Source of the DNA: a virus
Lineage: Duplodnaviria > Caudoviricetes
DNA: 64,000 nt
Virus record (IMG/VR): IMGVR_UViG_2651870089_000025
Span: 43,521 to 107,520 of that record
Strand: one strand, 5' to 3'
Shown: positions 38,734-49,123 of the stretch, in pieces
Layout of the letters: each line of letters opens with the position of its first letter
How positions within the stretch are numbered: position 1 is the first letter of the stretch
Translations under genes and position numbers: made by a program
Notes under the pieces: generated by a model
The model's input: only the letters and a program-made list of their open reading frames with translations
Told to the model about the DNA's origin: nothing
Databases searched by the model: none

Positions 38734-39331
38734 AATGACCAACGATACAAAATATAACGCTGATGTACATAAGTCATTGCGTATTATAAAAGAATATAAT
38801 GCTGGCCAGGAAAAATTAGACGAAGCACCATATGGTGCATGGGCAAGTGCCAAAGATGCACTTAGAAGCAAAGTATCTGGTCCTTTGGGTCTAGGTAGAG
38901 ACGGTGCTGACAGAGCAGCTGGCCGAAGAGAGGCAGGGCAGCTTGCAAATACTATAAATCGTCAGTGGCAGAAGTATCTAGGAAGCCAGGGTACAGAGCC
39001 AAAAGATGCTAAACCACAGCAATTGAAAGATTTTGTCGCCCAGTATTATTCAAACGCAGATTTTGATGCAATAGTTAAACAGTTATCGCCGGCCGGCGCA
39101 ATACTAAAGCAATTTCAGGATAATCCAAGTACTCCTGTATCAACAGATCAGCAGAATCAGATTTTAATGGGGATTGCACAAGCAACTTATAAAGCACCAT
39201 CGGCTGCATCTCCAGGATCCAAGCCGTTATCTAAAGCAGAAGTTGATGCTGTGCAGAAAGCAGCTCAAGCAGGCAATTTTACTGATGTGCTAAATCAATT
39301 AACACAGTGGAAAAAAGACGGTCGTTTTTAG
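38726..39331 (+). CDS. Hypothetical (putative internal head) protein
   Basis: IIKE and LDE motifs near the N-terminus. Confidence 0.5.
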   Translation: MNKMTNDTKYNADVHKSLRIIKEYNAGQEKLDEAPYGAWASAKDALRSKVSGPLGLGRDGADRAAGRREAGQLANTINRQWQKYLGSQGTEPKDAKPQQLKDFVAQYYSNADFDAIVKQLSPAGAILKQFQDNPSTPVSTDQQNQILMGIAQATYKAPSAASPGSKPLSKAEVDAVQKAAQAGNFTDVLNQLTQWKKDGRF

Positions 39332-39340
39332 GATAATAAC

Positions 39341-39862
39341 ATGAAAAAAGAACACAATGAGGAGAATACAATGAGAGTAGATGAGATGTGCGGTGCATGT
39401 CAAGATGAAATGGAAGCACCAAAAACAAACTACAATCTAACAATTACAACTGATAAAGATGATACTCATACAACAACAACGGTTAGCAGTGATAAGCCAG
39501 AAGAGTTAATGAGAATGCTTCAACTTTCAGGTATGCCAGCTGCACATGCAGAGCCAGACGGCGACGAAGGTATGGGTATGGATCATAGTTATGAGAAGCC
39601 AAGTTCGATTTCTTCAATGAAAGATTTGATTGCAAAAGTGTCAAAGCCGGCATTACCAAAAGAAGAAGCAATTGAAGTTGAGCAAGACCCTACAAATGAT
39701 GCAAAAGTATTTGGTTTAAAAGATTTGGTTATTGGCCAAAGTAAAAAGCAACCAAAGCAACGCACAGTATCAGCAAGACATGGCGACAACCCGTATAAAG
39801 ATGCAGGACAGTTAGAAGAAGAATTTACTTCCGCATACAATGAGTTTAAAAGCCAAGAGTAA
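39341..39862 (+). CDS. Hypothetical acidic (prohead-core-like) protein
   Basis: ELMRMLQLSGM motif; C-terminal LEEEFTSAYNEFK. Confidence 0.5.
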   Translation: MKKEHNEENTMRVDEMCGACQDEMEAPKTNYNLTITTDKDDTHTTTTVSSDKPEELMRMLQLSGMPAAHAEPDGDEGMGMDHSYEKPSSISSMKDLIAKVSKPALPKEEAIEVEQDPTNDAKVFGLKDLVIGQSKKQPKQRTVSARHGDNPYKDAGQLEEEFTSAYNEFKSQE

Positions 39863-39864
39863 AA

Positions 39865-40182
39865 ATGTTAGTAACTGAAGTGCTTATAGAAAGATCAGAA
39901 GATCAAGCCGCGTATCGTGCAAGTCATGACGATGCAACTATGCGGCATCGTCCATTGGATAGACGTCCTACAGTAGGTAGCCGTCGTATCTGGACTGGTA
40001 TGAGCGGTGCTTTAGTTAAGCAAGCAATTCGTATGGAACATATTGTTGATGAAATTGCCGAGTTTGACCCAAACAAAGCAGATCCGGAAATTATCAAGCG
40101 TTTCCAAAAAGCATTTGATCAACTAAATGCTTTTGCAAGTAAAATTAAAAAAGATTATCGCAACTATAAGGGAGACGAGTAA
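39865..40182 (+). CDS. Hypothetical (putative internal head) protein
   Basis: N-terminus MLVTEVLIE. Confidence 0.5.
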   Translation: MLVTEVLIERSEDQAAYRASHDDATMRHRPLDRRPTVGSRRIWTGMSGALVKQAIRMEHIVDEIAEFDPNKADPEIIKRFQKAFDQLNAFASKIKKDYRNYKGDE

Positions 40183-40184
40183 GC

Positions 40185-41225
40185 ATGAGAGCATACGAGT
40201 TTTTAACAGAAAAACTATCTCGTGATCAACGAGTAAAGATGCAACGCATCTACTCCAAGATGGAAAATAATCCGGTCGTTATCGATGAACTTTGGAAAAT
40301 TATTAGTCTAAAAGTGCAGGATAATGAAGGAAATTTGCAAGATAGAATTTTAACAGCATTGCAGCCGGATAAAACAAAGCCAGAATATGATCAAACGTTT
40401 GCAGATGGATTTGTTGAAGCATTTGCAACAGCAATTGAAGGCACACAAGGTACAGTTGAAGAAAAGATAGAGTTTGCTAATACTTTGGGTAAAGTAAATC
40501 ATGTTGATACAAAAGCATTACTCCAAACATTATCTGGATGGAGCGACTGGTTAGTAGGAACTCCTTTTTCGCAGAGATTGTTTGATACTATGTTTAATTT
40601 ACCAGCATTTAGAACTGATAACAAGGGTCCTGGTGAAGTTGCATTAGCACTACTAAGCCCTGACATTGTATTATCAAAAACAAAAGGCGATATCATTGTT
40701 GACGGAACACCTATAGAACTTAAAGGCGGTAAAACAGCCGCCGGCGGCAGACTTTCTCCAACAACAGGTACAATAGGAATGTTATATGGTAATAAAGATT
40801 TTTGGAGCAAGTTATTACCTGATGATCCTATTAAAGCAGCCGAGTTAGGAAAAGTTAATAAAATTAACGCAAATAATTATAGTTCTTTCTTAGAAAAGAA
40901 TGGATTAAATCAAAATCACTCCCGGGCAATTTTGAGTGCTATTTTTAAAGCAGATGGTTTAGATGATTTAGTTTTAAAAGCCGCAAAAAAAGGAGCCGGA
41001 GTCACAGCAGCCGATCTTATTGGAATAGCGGTTAAAAATTATGGTTTATCGCAAGGCGACGAACATTTTTTAATTTTGCAAGCAGACATTAGAATGTCCT
41101 TATACTTTAATGTAAATGATTTAACACCGGTGTTAAACCGTTTGTCTTTTAATTTACCGCTAATTGATAGCGATGCCCGTAGTCAAGGCAAAGCACAAAT
41201 TGGTATATTGAAAAAATCTCGTTAA
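40185..41225 (+). CDS. Putative PD-(D/E)xK nuclease-fold internal head protein
   Basis: N-terminus MRAYEFLTE; GPGEVALALL..KGDIIVDGTPIELKG. Confidence 0.55.
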   Translation: MRAYEFLTEKLSRDQRVKMQRIYSKMENNPVVIDELWKIISLKVQDNEGNLQDRILTALQPDKTKPEYDQTFADGFVEAFATAIEGTQGTVEEKIEFANTLGKVNHVDTKALLQTLSGWSDWLVGTPFSQRLFDTMFNLPAFRTDNKGPGEVALALLSPDIVLSKTKGDIIVDGTPIELKGGKTAAGGRLSPTTGTIGMLYGNKDFWSKLLPDDPIKAAELGKVNKINANNYSSFLEKNGLNQNHSRAILSAIFKADGLDDLVLKAAKKGAGVTAADLIGIAVKNYGLSQGDEHFLILQADIRMSLYFNVNDLTPVLNRLSFNLPLIDSDARSQGKAQIGILKKSR

Positions 41226-41242
41226 AAAGAAACTTTCCACCC

Positions 41243-41250
41243 TATAAATA
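41243..41250 (+). promoter_or_regulatory. Perfect T4 late promoter TATAAATA (leaderless terminase mRNA)
   Basis: Exact consensus; 5 nt to the ATG at 41256. Confidence 0.75.
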
Positions 41251-41255
41251 CTTGT

Positions 41256-42851
41256 ATGCCAGGTACCGACAGTCAATTAGTCAAATCTGCTCATAAAAAA
41301 ACCAAATATACCAAAGAGCAAACAGAGCATTTACAAAAATGTTTAGACCCAGAGACGGGTCCTTTGCATTTTATGCGTAATTTTGTGTATATACAACATC
41401 CTGTAAAAGGACGGTTACAATTTGAGCCGTATAATTTTCAATTGGAGTTGATAGAAAACTATCATAATTATCGCTTTTCTATTAATATGTGTGCTCGGCA
41501 AATGGGTAAAACTACTGTTGCCGCTGGATATTTGTTATGGTATGCAATGTTTAAACCAGACAGCACAATAATGATTGCCGCACACAAGTACCAAGGCGCC
41601 GCAGAAATTATGCAACGTGTTCGTTATGCATATGAAAGTGTGCCGGATTTTGTAAGAGCAGGTGTAGTTAATTATAATAGAAACAGTATTGACTTTGATA
41701 ATGGATCTCGTATTATAGCGGCTACTACAACAGAAACTACTGGACGTGGTATGTCCTTGTCACTAATTTACATGGACGAGTTTGCGTTCGTACAACCGCG
41801 TGTAGCGAAAGAATTCTGGACAGCACTATCTCCTACACTTGCTACAGGTGGTAAATGTATTATTACGTCGACGCCTAATAGCGATGACGACCAATTTGCT
41901 ACAATTTGGCGAGAAGCAAATGCTACGCATGATGAGTTTGGTGAAGATCAGAAGTTAGGTAAAAACGGATTTTCAGCAGTAAAAGTAGTATGGAGTGAAC
42001 ATCCAGACAGAGATGAGAAATGGGCAAAGGAAGAACGATCTCGAGTTGGCGAGGAGCGTTTTAGACGCGAGCACTTATGCGAATTTATTATATATGATGA
42101 AACACTTATTGACGCATTAAAGTTAGTAGGACTTACAGGACGGGAGCCTATTTTAAGAACCGGTGAGGTAAGATGGTATCATAAACCAAAGAAAGGTGGT
42201 ATCTACTTGGTAGGACTCGATCCAAGTTTAGGAACAGGCGGTGACTACGCGGCAATACAAGTATTTGATGGTATAACAATGCAACAGGTTGCTGAATGGC
42301 AACACAATAAGTCTCCTGTAAAACGCCAAATAAAAATAATGCAAGAAATACTTGAGCATATTGCAAAAGAAACCGGTTATAAAGAAACAGCACATACCGA
42401 AACAGAGATTTACTGGAGTGTCGAAAACAATACTTTGGGCGAAGCATGTTTAACTGTTATAGAACACACAGGCGAGGAGAACTTTGCTGGAATGATGGTG
42501 AATCAGCCTAAAACCGGAAGCGGGCAAAGACGTTATCGTAAAGGGTTTACAACAACTGCTAAAACTAAACTGTCAGTTTGTGCTACATTAAAAAATCTTG
42601 TTGAAGGCGGTAAAATGGAAGTTAACAGTAAGCGGCTAGTTAGAGAGTTAAAAAACTATGTTGCTAACGGCTTAAAGTTTGAGGCAAAAGTAGGCGAAAC
42701 AGACGATTTAATATCTGCAACTTTATTAGTTTTAAGAGTAAGCAATCATTTAGCAAAGTATGATGATAGAATCCACGATAGATTAGCACAAAATACTGAT
42801 GATGACGACGAATTTGGTTTTTCAGACCCAATGCCATTGGGCATAATTTAA
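41256..42851 (+). CDS. gp17: Terminase large subunit
   Basis: ARQMGKTT Walker A, IYMDEFAF Walker B, ITSTPN, GLDPSLGTGGDY, DDLI. Confidence 0.95.
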   Translation: MPGTDSQLVKSAHKKTKYTKEQTEHLQKCLDPETGPLHFMRNFVYIQHPVKGRLQFEPYNFQLELIENYHNYRFSINMCARQMGKTTVAAGYLLWYAMFKPDSTIMIAAHKYQGAAEIMQRVRYAYESVPDFVRAGVVNYNRNSIDFDNGSRIIAATTTETTGRGMSLSLIYMDEFAFVQPRVAKEFWTALSPTLATGGKCIITSTPNSDDDQFATIWREANATHDEFGEDQKLGKNGFSAVKVVWSEHPDRDEKWAKEERSRVGEERFRREHLCEFIIYDETLIDALKLVGLTGREPILRTGEVRWYHKPKKGGIYLVGLDPSLGTGGDYAAIQVFDGITMQQVAEWQHNKSPVKRQIKIMQEILEHIAKETGYKETAHTETEIYWSVENNTLGEACLTVIEHTGEENFAGMMVNQPKTGSGQRRYRKGFTTTAKTKLSVCATLKNLVEGGKMEVNSKRLVRELKNYVANGLKFEAKVGETDDLISATLLVLRVSNHLAKYDDRIHDRLAQNTDDDDEFGFSDPMPLGII

Positions 42852-42872
42852 TAGAATAGATAAATACTAATT

Positions 42873-45050
42873 ATGGGTATAAGCATAGAAACAGTGGCCA
42901 CAGAGGTCCGTAAAGTTATAAAAGGTTCTGGTTATCGCTTAGAAATGTTCACTGAAGATGGTGATCAAACACTTGACGATAGAACTGCTCGTAGATTTTT
43001 CTTAAAACCATCAAACATAATGGTTACTATTGACGAGGATGATAAAACTTTAAAATTACATAAACCGGATACTGTTGAGTTAGATCAAATTGAAGGTTTA
43101 CACGGAACTCTAAAAAATTTAGCCAGTAAGTATAGACTAAATTTTGATTATAAATCATTTGGCCACGCATTAAAACCAAAAGACTATGTTCACCAAGCAA
43201 TTAAAGCATTAAATGATGAGGAATTAGATATGAAACCAATGGCAGAAGGTATGTCTCCAATGTCGGGTAGTACAAAGTCAAGTTATCAATTAGTTGACGA
43301 TAAAGTAAAACTAATCGCGAGACATTCAAAACCAGTAGACGAAGCGGTGCGTGGATCCCGCAGTAGAAACATTAAGGCTTTGTTTATCGAAAACGGAGCA
43401 GGCGAAAGATTTCAATATCCACATATACACTTAGCAGGTGCTCGTGCAATGGCACGTCATGTTAGCATGGGTGGTACACCATACGACACAGTAGGTACGC
43501 ATATTGCAAAGTTGTCAGAAGATTACAAAAAACTTCAACGCTTTGTAAGATATGCAAAATCTAACCATGTAGTAACTGAAGAAAACGCAAGTATTGTTGA
43601 TGCAGTTAGAGAACGCTACGATGGTATTAAACGAGATTTGTCTCGCTTAACAAGTGTCAAAGGATATGCTCAACAAGTTGAGGCTATCCAAGAGGAAGTA
43701 TTTGAAGCTTCCGAAGACAAGATTGCAGAACTTCGAGACATGTTCACTGCCAGAACATTTGATGAGTCTCTTAACGAAGTTCTTCCACTAATTTCTCAAA
43801 TTGTTGAATACAGATTATCAAAAGATGCTAAAAAAGCAACAGGTGACAAGTTAAAAGATATGGATTTGCTTGTACAAAAATCAGAAGATGTGTCATTTTA
43901 TAAACCATCTGAGTCACAAGAAAAATATGCAAGTGCAAAAATCCTAAAGTTCTCAGAACCAAAATATGAATATGGTTACAAAGTTAGAGAACTTGCAGGT
44001 TTAATCGAAGATGATTTATTATCGTCATTTTTAAGTTCAGTTGCAAACAACGACAAGGCAATGGAAGTGCTTGCTTCTCTTGAGCAAAAAGGCGTTAGAA
44101 CAACTTCACCAGCAGGTGTTGTAGTACAAAATGTTATGGATGCCGCCAACGAAAAAGGTATTTTTGATAAAATAGAAAATGCAGATGATGCAAATGATGC
44201 AGATGATGAATTCGCAAAACAGGATGCAGAAGATATGCCAGATGATTTTAACCCGCCAAAAGTAGAAAGCAAAAAATTCAAAGACTGGGTGGAGTCTGTT
44301 ACAAGCGACGATGTACTATTTGAACAAGTAGTAGTCGCAGAAGATGAATTTGTAGATTTCAACCGTGCTTTAGCAGTTGCTAAAGAGCGTATGAATACAT
44401 TACCTCGCATGGGGGATGGTTCACCATTGGTACGCAAGATTAAAGGTATGTGCGAAGAAATAGCAGTTGAGTATGATGTTAAAGCAGAAGACCTTTATGC
44501 GGCACTAAGCGGCGACGACGTAATCAACGAAGGTGAACCAGCACAGCCAGATCATAGCGATATTGCACATGCAATTCAAATGGCAAAAGATATGGCCGGC
44601 GATATGACGGGCGCATATAACAAGATTGTTGATATGTATGGCCAAGAAGTTGCCGATAGCGACGAAGTGCAAGACGCATTACGTCAAGCCAACGAAGCAA
44701 TTGAATATGTTGGAGAAGAATTTCCAGCAATATACGATGACGAAGGCGAAATAGTAGCAAACTCAGCAAGAGATGCAATGCGATTACTGTATGATTCAGA
44801 TGACTACGATGCAATTCTTGGCGATGTAGAAGATGGTGACTACGATAGTCTATTGTCTGCACTCGACCGCAGTGGTTACATGCACGAAGGCAAAAAGAAA
44901 GATCACGACAACGATGGCGACATTGATAGTGATGACTACTTAGCCGCTCGTGACAAAGCAATTAAAAAAACAATGAAAAAAGAATCTGTAAATTTAACTA
45001 TTGCAAGATTAGCAGAGTTATCCCGTATTAAACGTTTAGCAGGCTTATAA
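42873..45050 (+). CDS. Large acidic putative head/prohead-associated protein
   Basis: Late promoter at 42859-42866; RSRNIKALFIENGAGERF..ARAMARHV; C-terminal LSRIKRLAGL. Confidence 0.55.
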   Translation: MGISIETVATEVRKVIKGSGYRLEMFTEDGDQTLDDRTARRFFLKPSNIMVTIDEDDKTLKLHKPDTVELDQIEGLHGTLKNLASKYRLNFDYKSFGHALKPKDYVHQAIKALNDEELDMKPMAEGMSPMSGSTKSSYQLVDDKVKLIARHSKPVDEAVRGSRSRNIKALFIENGAGERFQYPHIHLAGARAMARHVSMGGTPYDTVGTHIAKLSEDYKKLQRFVRYAKSNHVVTEENASIVDAVRERYDGIKRDLSRLTSVKGYAQQVEAIQEEVFEASEDKIAELRDMFTARTFDESLNEVLPLISQIVEYRLSKDAKKATGDKLKDMDLLVQKSEDVSFYKPSESQEKYASAKILKFSEPKYEYGYKVRELAGLIEDDLLSSFLSSVANNDKAMEVLASLEQKGVRTTSPAGVVVQNVMDAANEKGIFDKIENADDANDADDEFAKQDAEDMPDDFNPPKVESKKFKDWVESVTSDDVLFEQVVVAEDEFVDFNRALAVAKERMNTLPRMGDGSPLVRKIKGMCEEIAVEYDVKAEDLYAALSGDDVINEGEPAQPDHSDIAHAIQMAKDMAGDMTGAYNKIVDMYGQEVADSDEVQDALRQANEAIEYVGEEFPAIYDDEGEIVANSARDAMRLLYDSDDYDAILGDVEDGDYDSLLSALDRSGYMHEGKKKDHDNDGDIDSDDYLAARDKAIKKTMKKESVNLTIARLAELSRIKRLAGL

Positions 45051-45394
45051 TGAGATTTTACGATTTACTGAACGAAACACTAGATGGTGACTTTGCTCAG
45101 TACATCGTAATTGATCATTCCAGACCTGGACACCAGTGGTCTGCTGATACTAAAAAAGATGTTGTTGATGTAATATTAACAAATTCTATTAAAGAATGGC
45201 AAGTAGTTGAAGCAGACACACAGGATATTCTTGCAGATTGGCGTAACGATTCTATACTGCATGGCAAGATTACCCCAAAAGATCCAACATACGATCGTAT
45301 ATCAGAATTAATGTTTAGCGTTGATGACGATTTACCTGATCACTCTTCCTTCCCAAAAGTTAAAGCGGATATGGAAATAGTAGACGAAGAATAG
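45050..45394 (+). CDS. Hypothetical (putative internal head) protein
   Basis: N-terminus MRFYDLLNE. Confidence 0.5.
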   Translation: MRFYDLLNETLDGDFAQYIVIDHSRPGHQWSADTKKDVVDVILTNSIKEWQVVEADTQDILADWRNDSILHGKITPKDPTYDRISELMFSVDDDLPDHSSFPKVKADMEIVDEE

Positions 45395-46576
45395 TTAAAT
45401 TATATCTTTAATATAGTTATGCTCGTCTTGTATATTAAATTTACGAATACCATTCATCCACGTAGTAAATTCTTTAAAAGTAGAGTAACTATCTAGCGGT
45501 ACCGGGACATTGAATATTATGTTCTCAATGCTTTGTATTTCGGTTGAGTTTATTGCAAATGCACTTTCTTGTATTTCTGTAATTATGTTTTTAAATGCAT
45601 TATTTTTGTGCTCGTCTAATAGTAGATTTGCTGATAGATACGGTTGAACAGCAGGATATACATTTATACTATGTTCGTCGAACTTGTTATTTTGATACTG
45701 TGAAAAATGCGTTAACGTATTAATTATATTGCCTACATTATAAATGCTTAGTACAAAATTAATTCCAAGCACGGATATATTTGGATGTGCTAACAATGTT
45801 TGAAAGTTTTTTTCAACAGGAGCAAAGTTTGTTCCTCGTATCCAATTATAAGTATTTCCTATTCCGTCTATACTAGCAAAGATTTCTAAGTTTTTTAGTT
45901 TATTAAATGTTTCTATTGTTTGTTTAGGCAAGGATGTTATGTTACTAACTATTTTAATTTTTATGCTTGGTTTTATGTTACTAATTTTGTCTAAGAATAC
46001 TAAACAATTTTTATCGTATAAAGGTTCGCCACCTTTTATGGTAATCAGTTCTAAATCATTGATGTTGTCAAAAATAGATTCCAAGACTTCTTTTTGTAAT
46101 ACAACATGCTGAAATTTATCGTAATGTTTTCTAAAGTTGTTAGCAACAGACAGCGGCATTGATTTTTCTAAATGATGCCAATGCGAACTGTGTGTGCTGT
46201 TGCACATTGAACATGCTAAATTACATTTGTTACTAAAACTAATATCTAAATACCTAATTTTTGGATCAATATCATCCTTTGCCCAGTTTCGTTCGTTGGC
46301 ATATTTTAATCTTTTGCTTTCTAACTTTTCTCCTTCCCTGCTGTAGCATTGACTACACAAGTCGATATATTCATCGTTTAGCATTTTTTGTCTTACTTTA
46401 GTTAAGTCATCTCCGTTAAATATTTTTTCTAGTGTTGTGCTAGATTGCGTAAAATCATGCAAACTGTGTTTTTTGTTTTCACGCCATACGGGACATAGTT
46501 GTGCAAGTCCTCGAGGGTCAATTGTTAAGCCGTCAAATGGGATATAACAGAAATGCTTTTTTTCGTAAATTGACAT
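45395..46576 (-). CDS. Radical SAM protein with N-terminal Twitch/SPASM-like region
   Basis: FCYIPF..LCP..CSQCY; CNLACSMC; KGGEPL; SIDG. Confidence 0.85.
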   Translation of the reverse strand: MSIYEKKHFCYIPFDGLTIDPRGLAQLCPVWRENKKHSLHDFTQSSTTLEKIFNGDDLTKVRQKMLNDEYIDLCSQCYSREGEKLESKRLKYANERNWAKDDIDPKIRYLDISFSNKCNLACSMCNSTHSSHWHHLEKSMPLSVANNFRKHYDKFQHVVLQKEVLESIFDNINDLELITIKGGEPLYDKNCLVFLDKISNIKPSIKIKIVSNITSLPKQTIETFNKLKNLEIFASIDGIGNTYNWIRGTNFAPVEKNFQTLLAHPNISVLGINFVLSIYNVGNIINTLTHFSQYQNNKFDEHSINVYPAVQPYLSANLLLDEHKNNAFKNIITEIQESAFAINSTEIQSIENIIFNVPVPLDSYSTFKEFTTWMNGIRKFNIQDEHNYIKDII

Positions 46577-46627
46577 ATTGGATAAATACCTATATAATAT
46601 TTATTGTTGATTTTGTTATTATTGTAC

Positions 46628-46656
46628 TTGACTTCTGTTCAATTAGATATTATAAT
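46628..46656 (+). promoter_or_regulatory. sigma70-type promoter for gp32
   Basis: TTGACT-17-TATAAT. Confidence 0.7.
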
Positions 46657-46716
46657 ATATCTAATTAAGTAATACTTAATTTTAATACTAATACAAGGCT
46701 AATAAAGGAGAAAAAA

Positions 46717-47700
46717 ATGGCTACATTGGCAGAACTAAGAGCAAAACTCGCGGCACAGGAACAGCAATCGTCTGGACCACGCGAAACAGACAACGCAATT
46801 TATGCGTTCTGGAATATCCCTAACGATACTACAGCAACAATTCGATTCCTTCCAGACGGAGATCAAAGCAATACCTTTTTCTGGGTAGAGCGTCAAATGA
46901 TCCGTATCCCGTTTCCGGGTGTGAAAGGGCAGGACGAAGCAAAGGCTGTAACGGTTAATGTACCGTGTGTTGAAATGTGGGGAGAAACTTGTCCAATTCA
47001 CGCAGAAATTCGTCCGTGGTTTAAAGACCCGGCTCTAGAAGATATCGGACGCAAATATTGGAAAAAGCGTTCTTACATCTTTCAAGGATTTGTCGTAAAT
47101 AATCCACTTGATTCTGATGCAACGTCAGATAACCCTATTAGACGTTTTGTTATTAATCCGTCTATATTCAAGATCATCAAAGCGGCATTAATGGACCCGG
47201 AAATGGATAATCTACCAACTGATTATGAGAATGGTACAGATTTCCGTTTAACTAAAACACAAAAAGGTCAATATGCTGATTATTCCACTTCAAACTGGGC
47301 ACGACGTGAACGAGGCTTAACCGAAGAGGAGATGAGCGCAGTTGAAACACACGGGTTGTTCACATTAAGTGATTATCTTCCAAAGAGGCCATCGGCTGAC
47401 GAAGTTAAAGTAATCTACGATATGTTTCAAGCATCTGTAGATGGCGAGTTGTATGACTTGGAGAAATGGGGAGACTATTATCGTCCATACGGTATTGGTG
47501 CACCATCCAACTCTGGAACAGCACAACCTGTTAACAACGACAACAAGGAAAACACAACGACTACTGCTGAGTCAAGTGTTACACCTGCTAAGGAAACTGT
47601 TGCGGAAGAAGATAGTGAAGAAGGATCCAGCAATAAAAGTGCTGATGAAATCTTAGCAATGATTCGCAGTCGCAAAAAGACCGAAACAGCGTCGGCTTAA
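46717..47700 (+). CDS. gp32: Single-stranded DNA-binding protein
   Basis: TIRFLPDGD, CPI, KYWKKRSY, GTDFRLTK..YADYSTS; acidic tail. Confidence 0.9.
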   Translation: MATLAELRAKLAAQEQQSSGPRETDNAIYAFWNIPNDTTATIRFLPDGDQSNTFFWVERQMIRIPFPGVKGQDEAKAVTVNVPCVEMWGETCPIHAEIRPWFKDPALEDIGRKYWKKRSYIFQGFVVNNPLDSDATSDNPIRRFVINPSIFKIIKAALMDPEMDNLPTDYENGTDFRLTKTQKGQYADYSTSNWARRERGLTEEEMSAVETHGLFTLSDYLPKRPSADEVKVIYDMFQASVDGELYDLEKWGDYYRPYGIGAPSNSGTAQPVNNDNKENTTTTAESSVTPAKETVAEEDSEEGSSNKSADEILAMIRSRKKTETASA

Positions 47701-47707
47701 ACGAGTG

Positions 47708-47730
47708 TGAGGGGGGGTTCTCCCCCCTCA
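47708..47730 (+). terminator. Strong hairpin after gp32 (terminator or stabiliser)
   Basis: TGAGGGGGG-TTCT-CCCCCCTCA; weak U-tail. Confidence 0.6.
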
Positions 47731-47749
47731 AGTTTATGGAGGATAAGAA

Positions 47750-48859
47750 ATGGTAAAACCTTATGATTTTTCTAAATTAAGAAAAAGTTTAACAAAGAAT
47801 ATTGATGGCTTGAGTTTAGGATTCAATGATCCTAAAGACTGGATCGATACTGGCAGTTATGCATTGAACTATCTTATCAGCGGTGACTTTTATAAAGGCG
47901 TGCCGTTAGGTAAAGTAACAATGTTTGCTGGCGAATCCGGCTCTGGTAAAAGTTTAATTGTAAGTGGTAACTTGGCTCGTAATGCACAAAAAGCAGGATG
48001 CTTTGTGGTTATGATGGACAGCGAAAATGCATTAGATACAGAATGGCTAGAAGCACTTGGTGTAGATATAAGTGAAGATAAACTTTTAAAAATTAACGTA
48101 TCAATGATCGATAGCGTAGCAAAAACCCTATCAGAGTTGCTTAAAGGATACCGCGAAGAAAATGAGGGCAACGAATATGAAGATTGCCCAAAAGTAGTAA
48201 TTATTATCGATAGTTTAGGTATGTTGCTATCTCCTACAGACATTCAACAGTTTGAGAAAGGAGATCTAAAGGGTGACTTGGGTCGAAAGCCTAAAGCACT
48301 TACAGCATTAATTCGCAATACAGTTAATACTATTGCACCATACCCAATTGGATTCATAGTTACAAACCACACGTATGCATCGCAAGATATGTTTGATCCG
48401 GATGACAAAATCTCAGGTGGACAGGGTTTTGTATATGCAAGTTCAATTGTAGTTGCAATGCGTAAACTAAAACTTAAAACTGATGCAGATGGAAACAAAG
48501 TTACAGATGTACTTGGTATCAGGGCGGCGTGTAAAGTAATGAAAAGTCGCTTTTCAAAACCGTTTGAATCAGTACAAGTGGAGATTCCATATGAAACTGG
48601 AATGAGCCCATTTAGTGGTTTAGTTGACATGTTTGAAAAATCTGGTATTCTTGTTAAGCAAGGTAACAAGTTAAAATATGTTGATAAAACAGGAAACGAG
48701 CACAGTTACTTTAGAAAAGGATGGAATGCGGATACAATTCCAATTATCTTACAGGAACAACGCGAAGGTTTGATTTTAGAGCCTGTTATAGACGATGAAC
48801 ATAGTTATAATGAAGAGGATTTTGAAGAACCGGTCTTGGAAGAAATTGAGGAAGAATAG
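47750..48859 (+). CDS. uvsX: RecA-like recombinase
   Basis: AGESGSGKS, DSENALD, IIDSLG, TNHTY, ISGGQG. Confidence 0.95.
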   Translation: MVKPYDFSKLRKSLTKNIDGLSLGFNDPKDWIDTGSYALNYLISGDFYKGVPLGKVTMFAGESGSGKSLIVSGNLARNAQKAGCFVVMMDSENALDTEWLEALGVDISEDKLLKINVSMIDSVAKTLSELLKGYREENEGNEYEDCPKVVIIIDSLGMLLSPTDIQQFEKGDLKGDLGRKPKALTALIRNTVNTIAPYPIGFIVTNHTYASQDMFDPDDKISGGQGFVYASSIVVAMRKLKLKTDADGNKVTDVLGIRAACKVMKSRFSKPFESVQVEIPYETGMSPFSGLVDMFEKSGILVKQGNKLKYVDKTGNEHSYFRKGWNADTIPIILQEQREGLILEPVIDDEHSYNEEDFEEPVLEEIEEE

Positions 48860-48889
48860 GTAAATATCCGTAGAACATGGAGACACTCA

Positions 48890-49123
48890 ATGGATATTAG
48901 TCCCGAAGTATTTGTAGAAATGTGGAATGTACTAAAACCGTACATCCCACAAAAAGAAAGATTTGATGCCGCTTATAGTATGATAGATTTTTATGATACA
49001 AATGGTGACATTGAAGAATTAAGAGAAAGCGATATTTTGGATTCCTATCTTGCTAAAGCGTTAAATGAATACCTAGACGAAGAATTAGATGACGATGACG
49101 AAGATGAGGATGACGACTATTAA
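48890..49123 (+). CDS. Small acidic hypothetical protein
   Basis: GGAG SD; lies between uvsX and uvsY. Confidence 0.6.
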   Translation: MDISPEVFVEMWNVLKPYIPQKERFDAAYSMIDFYDTNGDIEELRESDILDSYLAKALNEYLDEELDDDDEDEDDDY

